A stretch of DNA of 64,000 nt, from contig CAZDTP010000013.1 in assembly GCA_964508365.1 (NCBI GenBank), positions 1,669 to 65,668 of the forward strand. Reading direction: 5' to 3'. This document shows, one piece after another, positions 18,291 to 27,887 of the stretch. Each line of letters starts with the position of its first letter. The first letter of the stretch is position 1. A model generated the notes under the pieces. It was not told the DNA's origin. It was given only the letters and a program-made list of their open reading frames with translations, and ran no database searches. Source of the DNA: an uncultured archaeon (GTDB lineage Archaea > Asgardarchaeota > Lokiarchaeia > Sigyniarchaeales > SOKP01). The position numbers were made by a program, and so were the translations under genes.

Positions 18291-20219
18291 ATGATTGAGT
18301 TTGAAGAATTCCTAAATGATAAAGGTTTACTTGCAAACTTAATGGAACGATATGGAATCGATCAAAGAGACAAAGAAATTTATAGCTTTTTTTATAAACT
18401 CGTAAAAAAATTATCAATCTATAAAACGGAACAATCTCGAAACAATACTAAAAAAAGATCTGATTTTTTTAATCTCGATATAGTTGCATCAATCTATGAG
18501 GAGAATATTCCTCATTACATAAGAAAAAGAACTGGTGAATTTTATACTCCCAAATCTGTCGTAAACTATATACTCAACGGTATTGGATACACCACAAGAG
18601 GTAATATCATTACCAGAAAAATTATGGACTTAAGTTGTGGATCAGGAAGTTTTTTAATTAAAGCAGCCAAAATACTATACGAAAAGCTATGTGATCAAAT
18701 TAATGTGAAAGAAGTATCAAAAATTCCTTCGGAACAAGTAATGAATATTATTAAAACAATCAGAAATAATATTTTTGGAATTGATGTTAATCCAATTGCT
18801 TGTGTTTTATGTCAAATCAATTTATATTTCACTCTTTTTGAGCTCTTCAAGATTATTTCTGAGGATAGGAAAAATTATTCAGTTATAATGTTCAATATCT
18901 ATAATAAGAACACTATTCATATAGAATTAGATTGCAAATTTGATTATGTGGTAGGAAATCCGCCATATTTGTTTATCCGAGCGATTCCATTAGATATGAA
19001 GAGAGAAATAGAAAAATTAATTCTTGAAACAAACAAGGGACAATATGATTTATATCAGATCTTTATCGAAATTGGTCTTAAACTATTGAGAGAAGGGGGA
19101 TTACTAGGATATATTGTCCCTGATTCTATATTAGCGTTAACAAACCGGAAATTATTACGAAAATTTATCTTTAATTCAACCAAGATCAAAGAATTATGTC
19201 ATCTGGGTCCGGCATTCAGAAATCCAAAAGTTTCTAATCTAATCTTGATATTACAAAAAGAATTAAACTTGAAAAAAAGATTAAATAATAAAATTTCAAT
19301 TAAAAAATCATTGAATAAAAACTCTCAAATTTCATATATAAAACAAGAAGCGATTAAAAAACACGATTATAAGTTTGTTATTAACTTGAATCAGAGAGAT
19401 GTAGAAATTTTAGATTACTTGAAGTCAAATTTTCCAAAACTATCAGATTTAATGAATGACACTCGATTTAGTATATCACTGAAACGAGGAGTAGAGATTG
19501 GCAAGGAAGGTTATATTGTTTACTGTGAGACATGCCAAATGTATCATCCTCTTCCAAAAAAACATTTAGTCTGTAAGGTCTGCGGATCTCCTTTAAAGGA
19601 AAAATTTGTTGATAAAATTATATTAGACAGTATTCCAGAAGGATTAGAAAATAGATTTCAACCTTTTTTATATTCAATAAATAGGTATTCCGCAAATAAT
19701 TTTAAATATATTAGACTTGGGATGGAAGGAATTAATTACAAAGGTGAAGACACTTTTAAAAAACGAATTGTAATTAGACAATTAAGTCAGGAGAACCATA
19801 TATGTGCCACTTATAATGAAAATGCTTGGACATCTCAATCAATTTATAATCTTGAAATAGTAAGAACTCCAGTTTTAGAATTTAATCATTATTACCTTCT
19901 TGGTCTTTTAAACTCCCATTTACTCTCATATTATTTTTTAAAATCGTTTGGATCTTATAAAATTTTTTTTCCAAGAATTCTTATTGAAAAACTAAAAAAT
20001 TTGCCAATTAAAGTTCCGCAAAGCCATAGTGAAAAAGAATTAGCAGAAGAGATCAAAGAAAAAGTTCTCAAATTACTTCAAATTATTCAAAAAAATAGTA
20101 TAGAAGCAAAAAATCTAACGAACCAAGTAGAAGTTATTGTTCAAAAACTGTATAAAATTCCTCAGATTGATTTTCAATATATAGTAAGATCAACAATGGG
20201 ATTAAATATTAAAAATTAA
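18291..20219 (+). CDS. N6-adenine DNA methyltransferase (Eco57I/TaqI-like, gamma class) with target-recognition domain
   Basis: GEFYTP, DLSCGSGSFL (motif I), GIDVNP, GNPPY (motif IV), TaqI_C-like C-terminus LLGLLNS...FPRILIEKLKNLPI. Confidence 0.9.
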   Translation: MIEFEEFLNDKGLLANLMERYGIDQRDKEIYSFFYKLVKKLSIYKTEQSRNNTKKRSDFFNLDIVASIYEENIPHYIRKRTGEFYTPKSVVNYILNGIGYTTRGNIITRKIMDLSCGSGSFLIKAAKILYEKLCDQINVKEVSKIPSEQVMNIIKTIRNNIFGIDVNPIACVLCQINLYFTLFELFKIISEDRKNYSVIMFNIYNKNTIHIELDCKFDYVVGNPPYLFIRAIPLDMKREIEKLILETNKGQYDLYQIFIEIGLKLLREGGLLGYIVPDSILALTNRKLLRKFIFNSTKIKELCHLGPAFRNPKVSNLILILQKELNLKKRLNNKISIKKSLNKNSQISYIKQEAIKKHDYKFVINLNQRDVEILDYLKSNFPKLSDLMNDTRFSISLKRGVEIGKEGYIVYCETCQMYHPLPKKHLVCKVCGSPLKEKFVDKIILDSIPEGLENRFQPFLYSINRYSANNFKYIRLGMEGINYKGEDTFKKRIVIRQLSQENHICATYNENAWTSQSIYNLEIVRTPVLEFNHYYLLGLLNSHLLSYYFLKSFGSYKIFFPRILIEKLKNLPIKVPQSHSEKELAEEIKEKVLKLLQIIQKNSIEAKNLTNQVEVIVQKLYKIPQIDFQYIVRSTMGLNIKN

Positions 20220-20232
20220 CAATTAGATGCTA

Positions 20233-20424
20233 TTAAAATTGAGAATCTAAGAACGAAGGATTACTCAATTCCTTCTTACCAACATACATTTTTAAGATAG
20301 TATCCCATTTTTCTGCCAAATCTTTTAAACCCGTTTTTTCAAAAAGATTTACAGCTCTAAACATGATCTCTTCTATTTTGTTCTCTTCAGACCTACTGTC
20401 TCTTAAATGCAAATTATCTACCAT
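20233..20424 (-). CDS. Small hypothetical protein
   Basis: 63-aa ATG ORF filling an intergenic gap; amphipathic helical composition. Confidence 0.4.
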   Translation of the reverse strand: MVDNLHLRDSRSEENKIEEIMFRAVNLFEKTGLKDLAEKWDTILKMYVGKKELSNPSFLDSQF

Positions 20425-20632
20425 AAAATAATGAAGAAATAATTTGAATAAAAAGAGAAATAATATTGTGATATAACCTAAAAAATGGGATTCTAATTTC
20501 TCCGAGAAATCCCTACTACCTTGAAAAAAGATGTTGTATGATAAACAAGAAGAAATGGTTATTTCTATATCTTTTATAGCTATATTTATATTATTTAAAA
20601 CAATAATATTTTTAATAAGACGTACTTAGAAG

Positions 20633-21619
20633 TTGAATTCAATGGAAAGTTTACCTAATATTGATTTACTTGAATCGTTATTAGAAAATTACATGTTCGA
20701 TATTGATGGAGCTATTGCAGTGGCAATTTGCGACAGAGATGGTTTTATTATCGCTTCGGATAGCAAAGAAAAATCGGGAAAAGAATCTGATTCGGTGATG
20801 GGGGCAATATCAGCTTTTTTAGACATCTATATCGATCGGATTAAAGACGAGTTCCAGACACAAAGCAACTTTTTCAACATAACTTCTATGCAAGATAAGA
20901 AATTTGCTTATTGCTCGATGGGTTCACGCTCAATATTGACAACTATCGCGGATCCTAAAACATCTGACTTAGAATTACGAATATATTCTGAATATATAGC
21001 GGGGAAAGTGGAACTTGTTCTTGAGGGATTTGATAATGTTTCTACAGAGATTCCGGAGATAATTCGCGTTTTATCAAAAAGAAGGGAAGGAAAATTACCA
21101 AAAGGTGAATTCACATCGAAATTAATACTGACCGGAGATTTTAAAGTGGGAAAATCATCCCTTATTAAAAGATTTATCGAAAACATGTTTAACGAAAGTT
21201 ATATAGCTACCATTGGGGTAGAGATCTCAAAAAAATCCGTTGTAATGGACGAAGAAACCATTGTTAATTTTGTTTTGTGGGATATTGGAGGTCAGATCAG
21301 CTCAATGGCACCATATAGGCATAGGTTTTACGAAGGAGCAAGTGCAGCGTTTATAGTAATAGATAGAACCCGATTAAATAATTTAGAAAGTGTAAAAACC
21401 TGGTATAAGGAAATTAAAAAATCAGTCTCACGTGATATACCGGTAGTGATAGTTGGTAATAAATCAGATTTACAGAATGAATTAGTAATCAGTGAAGAAG
21501 AAATAAAAGTAGTTGCTAGAGAACTCGGTTTCCACTATATTTTAACATCAGCACTAACGGGGGAAAATGTTAACGAAGCGTTCCTTTATATTGCTTACAG
21601 ATTCATAGAGAAAGCGTAA
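20633..21619 (+). CDS. Roadblock/LC7 domain fused to Rab-like small GTPase
   Basis: N-terminal GAIAVAICDRDGFIIAS roadblock pattern; G1 GDFKVGKS, G2 ATIG, G3 WDIGGQ, G4 NKSD, G5 TSA. Confidence 0.88.
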   Translation: MNSMESLPNIDLLESLLENYMFDIDGAIAVAICDRDGFIIASDSKEKSGKESDSVMGAISAFLDIYIDRIKDEFQTQSNFFNITSMQDKKFAYCSMGSRSILTTIADPKTSDLELRIYSEYIAGKVELVLEGFDNVSTEIPEIIRVLSKRREGKLPKGEFTSKLILTGDFKVGKSSLIKRFIENMFNESYIATIGVEISKKSVVMDEETIVNFVLWDIGGQISSMAPYRHRFYEGASAAFIVIDRTRLNNLESVKTWYKEIKKSVSRDIPVVIVGNKSDLQNELVISEEEIKVVARELGFHYILTSALTGENVNEAFLYIAYRFIEKA

Positions 21620-21789
21620 ATCATTATAAACAAACTTTTTAAATCTCATACTAATTCTTAAATTAGTAAGATCACAATTGAATTTTAAAAATAAAATAGT
21701 TAATAAAAATCAAAGGAGGTTATCAAAAAATAGTACTAAAAGTTATATTCAACGAAGTTTTGGCTGCTTGAAACCAATCTGGCTACTTA

Positions 21790-22656
21790 ATGGGCTTTTC
21801 TATTAAAGAACTAACATATAAAGGGAAAAAACTTATAGAACTGACAGAACAAGTGTTTGCTGGTCCGTGGTTTAGTTTTAAACTTAAAAACAAGAGTTTA
21901 GAGCCTATTGGTGTGCTCCTAAAAAATGTCGAATCAACTCCGATCTATAAAATGGTTAATAGTCGTACTGGAACCACAATTGATCGTATTACACTTGATT
22001 TTGATATAAGGGAATACCTAAGAAAATTAATCGCACTGAAAAAGATCAAACCAATTGCTCTCAGTGAACAAAATTCTCTGATTCGTTTATACATCGATGT
22101 TTTTAATCGTCCTAAAGTCAATTATATCAATGCTTTCTTCACGATAAAAAACATTTCAGACTACGATTTACTAGATTTTTCTTTATATTTCGTCTTTGAT
22201 TTTGATATCAATGGGTTAGACGGATTTGATAACGATTTATCAGGATACGATGAAAAGAACGATGTAATTTATCAATATGATGACACTAGTTTATATGGAG
22301 GGTTTTCTCCAATATCTAGATCAACATATTATGAAACTTGTTTAACTAAAGATTTCAATATCAGCAGTGAAAGATTAAATCTATCTAATACGCTATACGA
22401 TCAACCAGGAGAAATTTTATCTGCCTTACAAATCGAATTTAAAACTTTAAAACCGGATCAGTCGTTTCAGACATCTCTAACTATTTCTGGAGCATTAAGT
22501 AAGGAGGAACTTATAAAAAGCATCAACGAAGGTAAAATCAACGCAATGAAGTTTTTGTCTCAAGTAAACAGATCGGTTAAATCGAAACAGAGAAACGAAC
22601 AAGAAGAAGCTTTCATTAAACTTAATCTCAAAGAATCCGTTGATTGTAATGATTAA
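21790..22656 (+). CDS. Hypothetical protein
   Basis: 288-aa ORF, beta-rich central part (YFVFDFDINGLDGFDND); no family recognised. Confidence 0.7.
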   Translation: MGFSIKELTYKGKKLIELTEQVFAGPWFSFKLKNKSLEPIGVLLKNVESTPIYKMVNSRTGTTIDRITLDFDIREYLRKLIALKKIKPIALSEQNSLIRLYIDVFNRPKVNYINAFFTIKNISDYDLLDFSLYFVFDFDINGLDGFDNDLSGYDEKNDVIYQYDDTSLYGGFSPISRSTYYETCLTKDFNISSERLNLSNTLYDQPGEILSALQIEFKTLKPDQSFQTSLTISGALSKEELIKSINEGKINAMKFLSQVNRSVKSKQRNEQEEAFIKLNLKESVDCND

Positions 22657-22752
22657 ACCGAATTTAATGATTCAAATAAAAAAATCCGAAATGGAAAGTT
22701 ATTTGATGAATACTCTGCGAGAGGTGGGTTTAATAAAACTCTTGATTACATT

Positions 22753-23991
22753 TTATAGGAAAAAAGAGGACATATTAAAATCATCTAAGAGAAAATCACT
22801 AATCGTAATAAGCTTAATTTTATCAATTAGATTGGCTTTGTTGAGGTATGCTTTCAAAAATGGTTTCAAATTTATATCTTTATCAAATTTAGAGTTAATT
22901 AAAATTATATAGCTTTTTATGTTTTTATCAATTAGAATCCCTTCTAGATATCTAAGTACAGTATTTTCTTTTAGTTTTTCATTTAGTTCATTACTAATCT
23001 TAACTTGATTAAAGATTTCCTCTTCGATTAAGAGATAATCTAATATGACTTCTATTTCTTCTGCACTTTTAAGGTAGACTACCCCTTTTTGTTTCTGTTT
23101 TTCAATTTGAATCTTGATTTTTTCGTTTCGAGCTTTTTCGTATAATTTATACATCATAAACTGATAATCTCTAAAAATGCCAGGTTTACTATTTTCAACT
23201 TTCTCATCGACTATTTTCTTATAGTTTTTATTCAGCTCGTAACCTATGCCATTTCTAAAGAGACTCTTTGCCACTTTTAATGTTGTACCAGAACCCAAGA
23301 ATGGATCCAAGACAGTATCACCAATATAGGAGAACATTCTTATTATTCTATATGGAAGTTCTTCAGGAAACATTGCGATATGTTCTTTTTGTAGCACTCC
23401 CGGGAATTTCCAATGCCCAGTGAACCACTTTTTCCACTCACTCAACGGAATTTTTGACATCTCTTTTGTAATCGGATCAACTTTCCTCTTACTTTTACCT
23501 TGATATTTTTTAAAAATAAGAATGTGCTCGTAATCGTATGTAAGCAAGCCATTTCTTGGGTAATAAATAGATCCCATTAAGGTGCAGCCTCCTGTAGTGT
23601 TAGTAGTACTAATTTTTTGCCAAATTATATCTCCTAGAAAATCGAAACCTAACTCCAAACAATCAGTTATAATGTTACTAGCGATTGATAAAACCCGATA
23701 TCTTCCAAATTCAGAAGTTCTTAGATATTGATCTCCTATATTTATAACCATTCTGCATTGAGATTCGAGGACTCGATAACATTCAGACCAAACTTGCTTT
23801 AACCTTTTAAAATAGTCATCAAAAGTCCCAAAAAAACCTATTTGATTCTGATTACCATAATCTTTAATTTTACCGTATGGAGGTGATGTAACTATTAATT
23901 GAATTGAGTCGTCTAAAACCTCCCCCATACTTTCTGAAGATTTAAAATAGACTTTAGGCTCTTGAGTTTTAAACAAGTTTCCTGCGTTCAA
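22753..23991 (-). CDS. Site-specific DNA methyltransferase (N4-C/N6-A, beta class) with C-terminal extension
   Basis: TSPPY (motif IV) precedes DPFLGSGTT (motif I); HIAMFPEELP. Confidence 0.9.
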   Translation of the reverse strand: MNAGNLFKTQEPKVYFKSSESMGEVLDDSIQLIVTSPPYGKIKDYGNQNQIGFFGTFDDYFKRLKQVWSECYRVLESQCRMVINIGDQYLRTSEFGRYRVLSIASNIITDCLELGFDFLGDIIWQKISTTNTTGGCTLMGSIYYPRNGLLTYDYEHILIFKKYQGKSKRKVDPITKEMSKIPLSEWKKWFTGHWKFPGVLQKEHIAMFPEELPYRIIRMFSYIGDTVLDPFLGSGTTLKVAKSLFRNGIGYELNKNYKKIVDEKVENSKPGIFRDYQFMMYKLYEKARNEKIKIQIEKQKQKGVVYLKSAEEIEVILDYLLIEEEIFNQVKISNELNEKLKENTVLRYLEGILIDKNIKSYIILINSKFDKDINLKPFLKAYLNKANLIDKIKLITISDFLLDDFNMSSFFL

Positions 23992-24114
23992 TTAAAAGCA
24001 CATTTTTTTTTTTGCTTTTTCTTTAAATTTATATATAAAAGTTTTCACTGGTTAATTAATGGAATTCATCATATATAATTGATGAAAGTCTGAAAGCAAC
24101 AGTGATCAATTTTT

Positions 24115-25029
24115 ATGGGAAAGAAGATATTATTATTAGGGAGAGCTGGTGCAGGAAAATCTACTTTAAAAGAAATCATTTTTGAGGGCAATAATCCAGA
24201 TGAACTATTGATACATTCCCTCGCACCTACTCGGGGGATAGAAACATCAGTTTATTCTTGGTTGGATATAGAATTAAGCGTTTTTGATACTTCGGGACAA
24301 GAGCTCAAAAATCTATTAAAAGACGAATCAGAACAATTACTCGCATTTGGAGGCGTAGATATAGTTATATATATTTTTGATTATGAAATCTGGCATAGTG
24401 ATTCGCAGGATATAGCAGAAGAAATACAAGAAGTGAACAAAATTATAAGAAGGATCAATAAACAGGCGCAATTAATATTAATTTTCCATAAAATCGATCT
24501 TATTCCAAAAATTATTCGAAACAATGTTAAAATACTCACCTATCAAATTCAGAGCATCATTAACTTACCTATAAAACATTCAGTGTATTTCACGAGTATA
24601 GCCCAAGATTATATCTATAGCGTCCATAATGCGTTTTCAGAAATTATAAGTAGGTTTTCTGAGAAAAACTTTTCTTTAAAGAAAGCACTCGATTCTACCA
24701 TTACAAATTTTCCCGAATGTATTTGCTACATAACAGATTATAACAATAGTATTATAGTTCAATCAAAATCTGACGACTTTAATATCAACCTAATTTACGA
24801 ATCGTATAGAATTTTTTACCACTTGTCTCAAGATAACAAGATTTCAACTTATAACGATGGAAAGCCACACTTGCTAAATGTAGACGATAAAATTTTGAGA
24901 ATGTTAATGATTCCCCTTGAAGCGCCAAATTTAAACCTTAAATTACTCGTAGTTGCGACTGAATCACTTGAGGAAGGCCTTTTAAATAGCCTAGCGAAGA
25001 AGATTCTGAGCAATCTAAATATTTATTGA
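24115..25029 (+). CDS. Rag/Gtr-like small GTPase with C-terminal roadblock-like domain
   Basis: KILLLGRAGAGKST..EIIF, APTRGIE, FDTSGQE, HKID (histidine G4 typical of Rag), TSI. Confidence 0.85.
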   Translation: MGKKILLLGRAGAGKSTLKEIIFEGNNPDELLIHSLAPTRGIETSVYSWLDIELSVFDTSGQELKNLLKDESEQLLAFGGVDIVIYIFDYEIWHSDSQDIAEEIQEVNKIIRRINKQAQLILIFHKIDLIPKIIRNNVKILTYQIQSIINLPIKHSVYFTSIAQDYIYSVHNAFSEIISRFSEKNFSLKKALDSTITNFPECICYITDYNNSIIVQSKSDDFNINLIYESYRIFYHLSQDNKISTYNDGKPHLLNVDDKILRMLMIPLEAPNLNLKLLVVATESLEEGLLNSLAKKILSNLNIY

Positions 25030-25058
25030 GACTTTTGAAAACTAGAATTATCAAAAAC

Positions 25059-26159
25059 TTATTTTTTCGTTTGTTGAAAATATCCAACGATTCGTAGTTT
25101 ATCTTCGAAACGGTTAAGTTCCGTTATAATCCCTTTTAATCCTTCCCCACTATGAAATACTGATTTATCAAAACGAATCTTCATAACCCCACTTTTACCA
25201 GGGATGATATTTTGACCATCAATAAATTTAAAAGGAGAAAGTGTTAAATTTATTAGACCATAAAACTGGAACCCATCATTAGATTTAATCATCCCACTTT
25301 TAGGTTTATAGAATTGACTAACAAAAACTTCGGCTTCAATTTCTTTTTCCCGTTTAAAGATGCCAGGAGTAACAATGATGTTGTCGCGGCTTATATCTTT
25401 AGGAGAGATATTACCTTTTAAAGCGAGACCTACTCTATCACCTTCATAAGCGACTTTGAAGTTTCTATCGTGTTTTTGAATACTCCTGATAATTACTTTC
25501 TTTACTGCGGATTCATAGCCTGTTATTTCTAACATCTGACCACTATGGACTTCGCCCTGTTTTACAATTCCAAGAATAACGGTCCCAATTCCTTTAACAG
25601 GAAATACATGGTCAATAAACACCTCAGTGTTTCTTTCATTAACGCTAGTTTTCTGTAGAAACTCATTTCCAAGCTCTACAATTATTCTTTTTAGATTTTC
25701 ATAATCCTGTTTAGCTTTAAGTTCGAAAATTTGTACGTTTTTCAAACTAGTATTCTCCAAAATCGCCCTAATTTTATTTTTCGTCTCAGTTAATTTCCAA
25801 TCCGTGTTTGAATTTATTCCAGCAATTACTACCAAAACTTTAGTTCTATATAACTTTGAAAATATGTCCATTCCAACTAGTATTTCTCCAACTGAAGCAT
25901 TTAATCCAATATTTAAATCTATAGTGAGAATGTGAATATTAGATATAGCTAAAGTTTGCAAAAGCGGTTTTATCTTTTCGGGATAATCTAGGGGAGTTAA
26001 ACCACAAAATACTTGATTTAAAGTCTGATCTAAACGATTGTAAAAGAGAATATCTGATTTAGTCCCTGGGGAACCCAAAGATTGACCTATTAAATTGTTT
26101 ATATCGAAATTATCCCCGAGGATTCCCACTACGAAATTTTTTTCAGCTGGTTCATTCAT
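25059..26159 (-). CDS. SelB/EF-Tu domain II-III-like protein with degenerate G domain
   Basis: VFIDHVFPVKGIGTVILGIVKQG, IRSIQKHD, GDRVGLALKG; no intact GxxxxGK(S/T). Confidence 0.8.
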   Translation of the reverse strand: MNEPAEKNFVVGILGDNFDINNLIGQSLGSPGTKSDILFYNRLDQTLNQVFCGLTPLDYPEKIKPLLQTLAISNIHILTIDLNIGLNASVGEILVGMDIFSKLYRTKVLVVIAGINSNTDWKLTETKNKIRAILENTSLKNVQIFELKAKQDYENLKRIIVELGNEFLQKTSVNERNTEVFIDHVFPVKGIGTVILGIVKQGEVHSGQMLEITGYESAVKKVIIRSIQKHDRNFKVAYEGDRVGLALKGNISPKDISRDNIIVTPGIFKREKEIEAEVFVSQFYKPKSGMIKSNDGFQFYGLINLTLSPFKFIDGQNIIPGKSGVMKIRFDKSVFHSGEGLKGIITELNRFEDKLRIVGYFQQTKK

Positions 26160-26292
26160 TAGCTTTATTAAATATTGAAATCATCAAAAACTTTTTGAAA
26201 TTCTACTTCAATGGAAATCCACGCCAGAATAAAAACAAAATTATTAACTGAGAGCAAATTAATTAACTAAAAAAAAAGAAATTATTTTAATT

Positions 26293-27810
26293 ATGCCCCG
26301 AAATAATTTAGTGAATCAAGTTATATTAATATTGATTGACGATCTTAGAGCAGCTCATTTATTTGACTTAATTAATAAGGGAAAGACCCCAAATATAGCT
26401 CAGATTGCAGAGAATGGTATTTCAAGCCGAAATTGTATTACATCCTTTCCAAGTGTAACTTTTCCTTGCTATAGTAACATAATTATTGGTTCTTATTCGG
26501 GATACTTCCCAAAAGAGGGAAGCGGGACACCTATGTACCATTGGGTAGGAAGATCATATCCTTTAATAGAAGAAAAAAAATTTCCAATTATTAGAAATTA
26601 TGGAAAAGGAAGTCATCTTTTAAAATTAAATAACGATATAGGACCAAACTGCCAAACTATTTTCGAGCAAGTTAGCGAGGGTAATTTTTTAAGTTCTTTA
26701 AATCTTATAAATAGAGGTTCAGTTTTAATCCCTCCAGTAGAATACACATCCTCTTCAATACTTAAAGGGGTTGAAAAATCATATATTGATCCTCAATCAT
26801 TTTTTCCAGAAAAAGATGTTCCAAAGGTAACTGTTGCGTATATCCCTAAAACAGATGATTTAATGCACAATAAAGGCTTCGATCATCCCGAGTACATTAA
26901 AGAGGTAATCGATTGTGATAGATACATCGGTTCATTAATTAAAACTCTTAAAAACACAGGTTATTATGATTCAACCGCTATAGCAATAATATCTGATCAC
27001 GGAAATTATAGGTCAGAGAAGATGTATGACATCGCCCCTTTTTTTAAAGAAAGCGGATTTACCCAATATTTACCTAAGAACGGAACTGGCGATTTCGACT
27101 GTCATATGGGGGGTCTTGGATTTTTTAACTTCCCTGGAGACGATTGGTACCATCATCCAACTCTCGAACAGTTGAAAAGATTTATTCCCAACGGTGTTGG
27201 CAGCAAAGAGTTAGATGTGTTTGAAACTTTATGGAAAATTCCAGGCGTAAAGGCAATGTATTACAGAGATAACGACAACACCCCAGACAAAGGTATAATT
27301 TACCTTGAACATAAAAAAGAGGAAACGGGAAAAAAGTTCACCGATATTATTGAATACGAAGGGCATGGAAAAAACCAAAAAACTAAATATATTCCCGATG
27401 ATAGAGATTTCTATAAATATAGTAAATATGAGGAATCTGCGCGGCTCATAGATGGAAAATCGCACAATATTGATGAATGGTTAAAAGTTACTAATCTGAT
27501 TGATTTTCCTATCTTAGTTGACCAAGTACCACGCTATTTTAAAAATCCCCGATCTTGCGACATATTAACTTCCACGCTTGGAGAGTACGGATTTGGATAT
27601 GAGCATGGAAAAACTGTAGCTTCTACTCCGTATAGTCATGATATAGGAATTAAAAAGTCTATGACAGTTCCCTTTATAATTGGGGGTTCTCCTAATGTAC
27701 CTTCATTAGAATTACCATACTGCAAGACGACAGATATGGTTCCGACTCTATTATATTTATTGGGAGAAAAACCACATTATAGCGTCGTAGGGAAGTCAGT
27801 TATCGGTTAA
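26293..27810 (+). CDS. Alkaline phosphatase superfamily, nucleotide pyrophosphatase/phosphodiesterase type
   Basis: LILIDDLR, FPSVTFP (catalytic Thr), TDDLMH, ISDHG, SH near the C-terminus. Confidence 0.85.
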   Translation: MPRNNLVNQVILILIDDLRAAHLFDLINKGKTPNIAQIAENGISSRNCITSFPSVTFPCYSNIIIGSYSGYFPKEGSGTPMYHWVGRSYPLIEEKKFPIIRNYGKGSHLLKLNNDIGPNCQTIFEQVSEGNFLSSLNLINRGSVLIPPVEYTSSSILKGVEKSYIDPQSFFPEKDVPKVTVAYIPKTDDLMHNKGFDHPEYIKEVIDCDRYIGSLIKTLKNTGYYDSTAIAIISDHGNYRSEKMYDIAPFFKESGFTQYLPKNGTGDFDCHMGGLGFFNFPGDDWYHHPTLEQLKRFIPNGVGSKELDVFETLWKIPGVKAMYYRDNDNTPDKGIIYLEHKKEETGKKFTDIIEYEGHGKNQKTKYIPDDRDFYKYSKYEESARLIDGKSHNIDEWLKVTNLIDFPILVDQVPRYFKNPRSCDILTSTLGEYGFGYEHGKTVASTPYSHDIGIKKSMTVPFIIGGSPNVPSLELPYCKTTDMVPTLLYLLGEKPHYSVVGKSVIG

Positions 27811-27887
27811 ACTAAGTTTGAGATCAATTTGAAAAATGTTTATAATTTTTATTCCTTTTCGTTAATAAGTAGAAACTAAATATATAT

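Noticed and set aside
25059-26159. Calling this gene selB and inferring a local selenocysteine system
   Set aside because: GTPase motifs are missing, and no UGA-interrupted gene or SECIS-like element was found in the window
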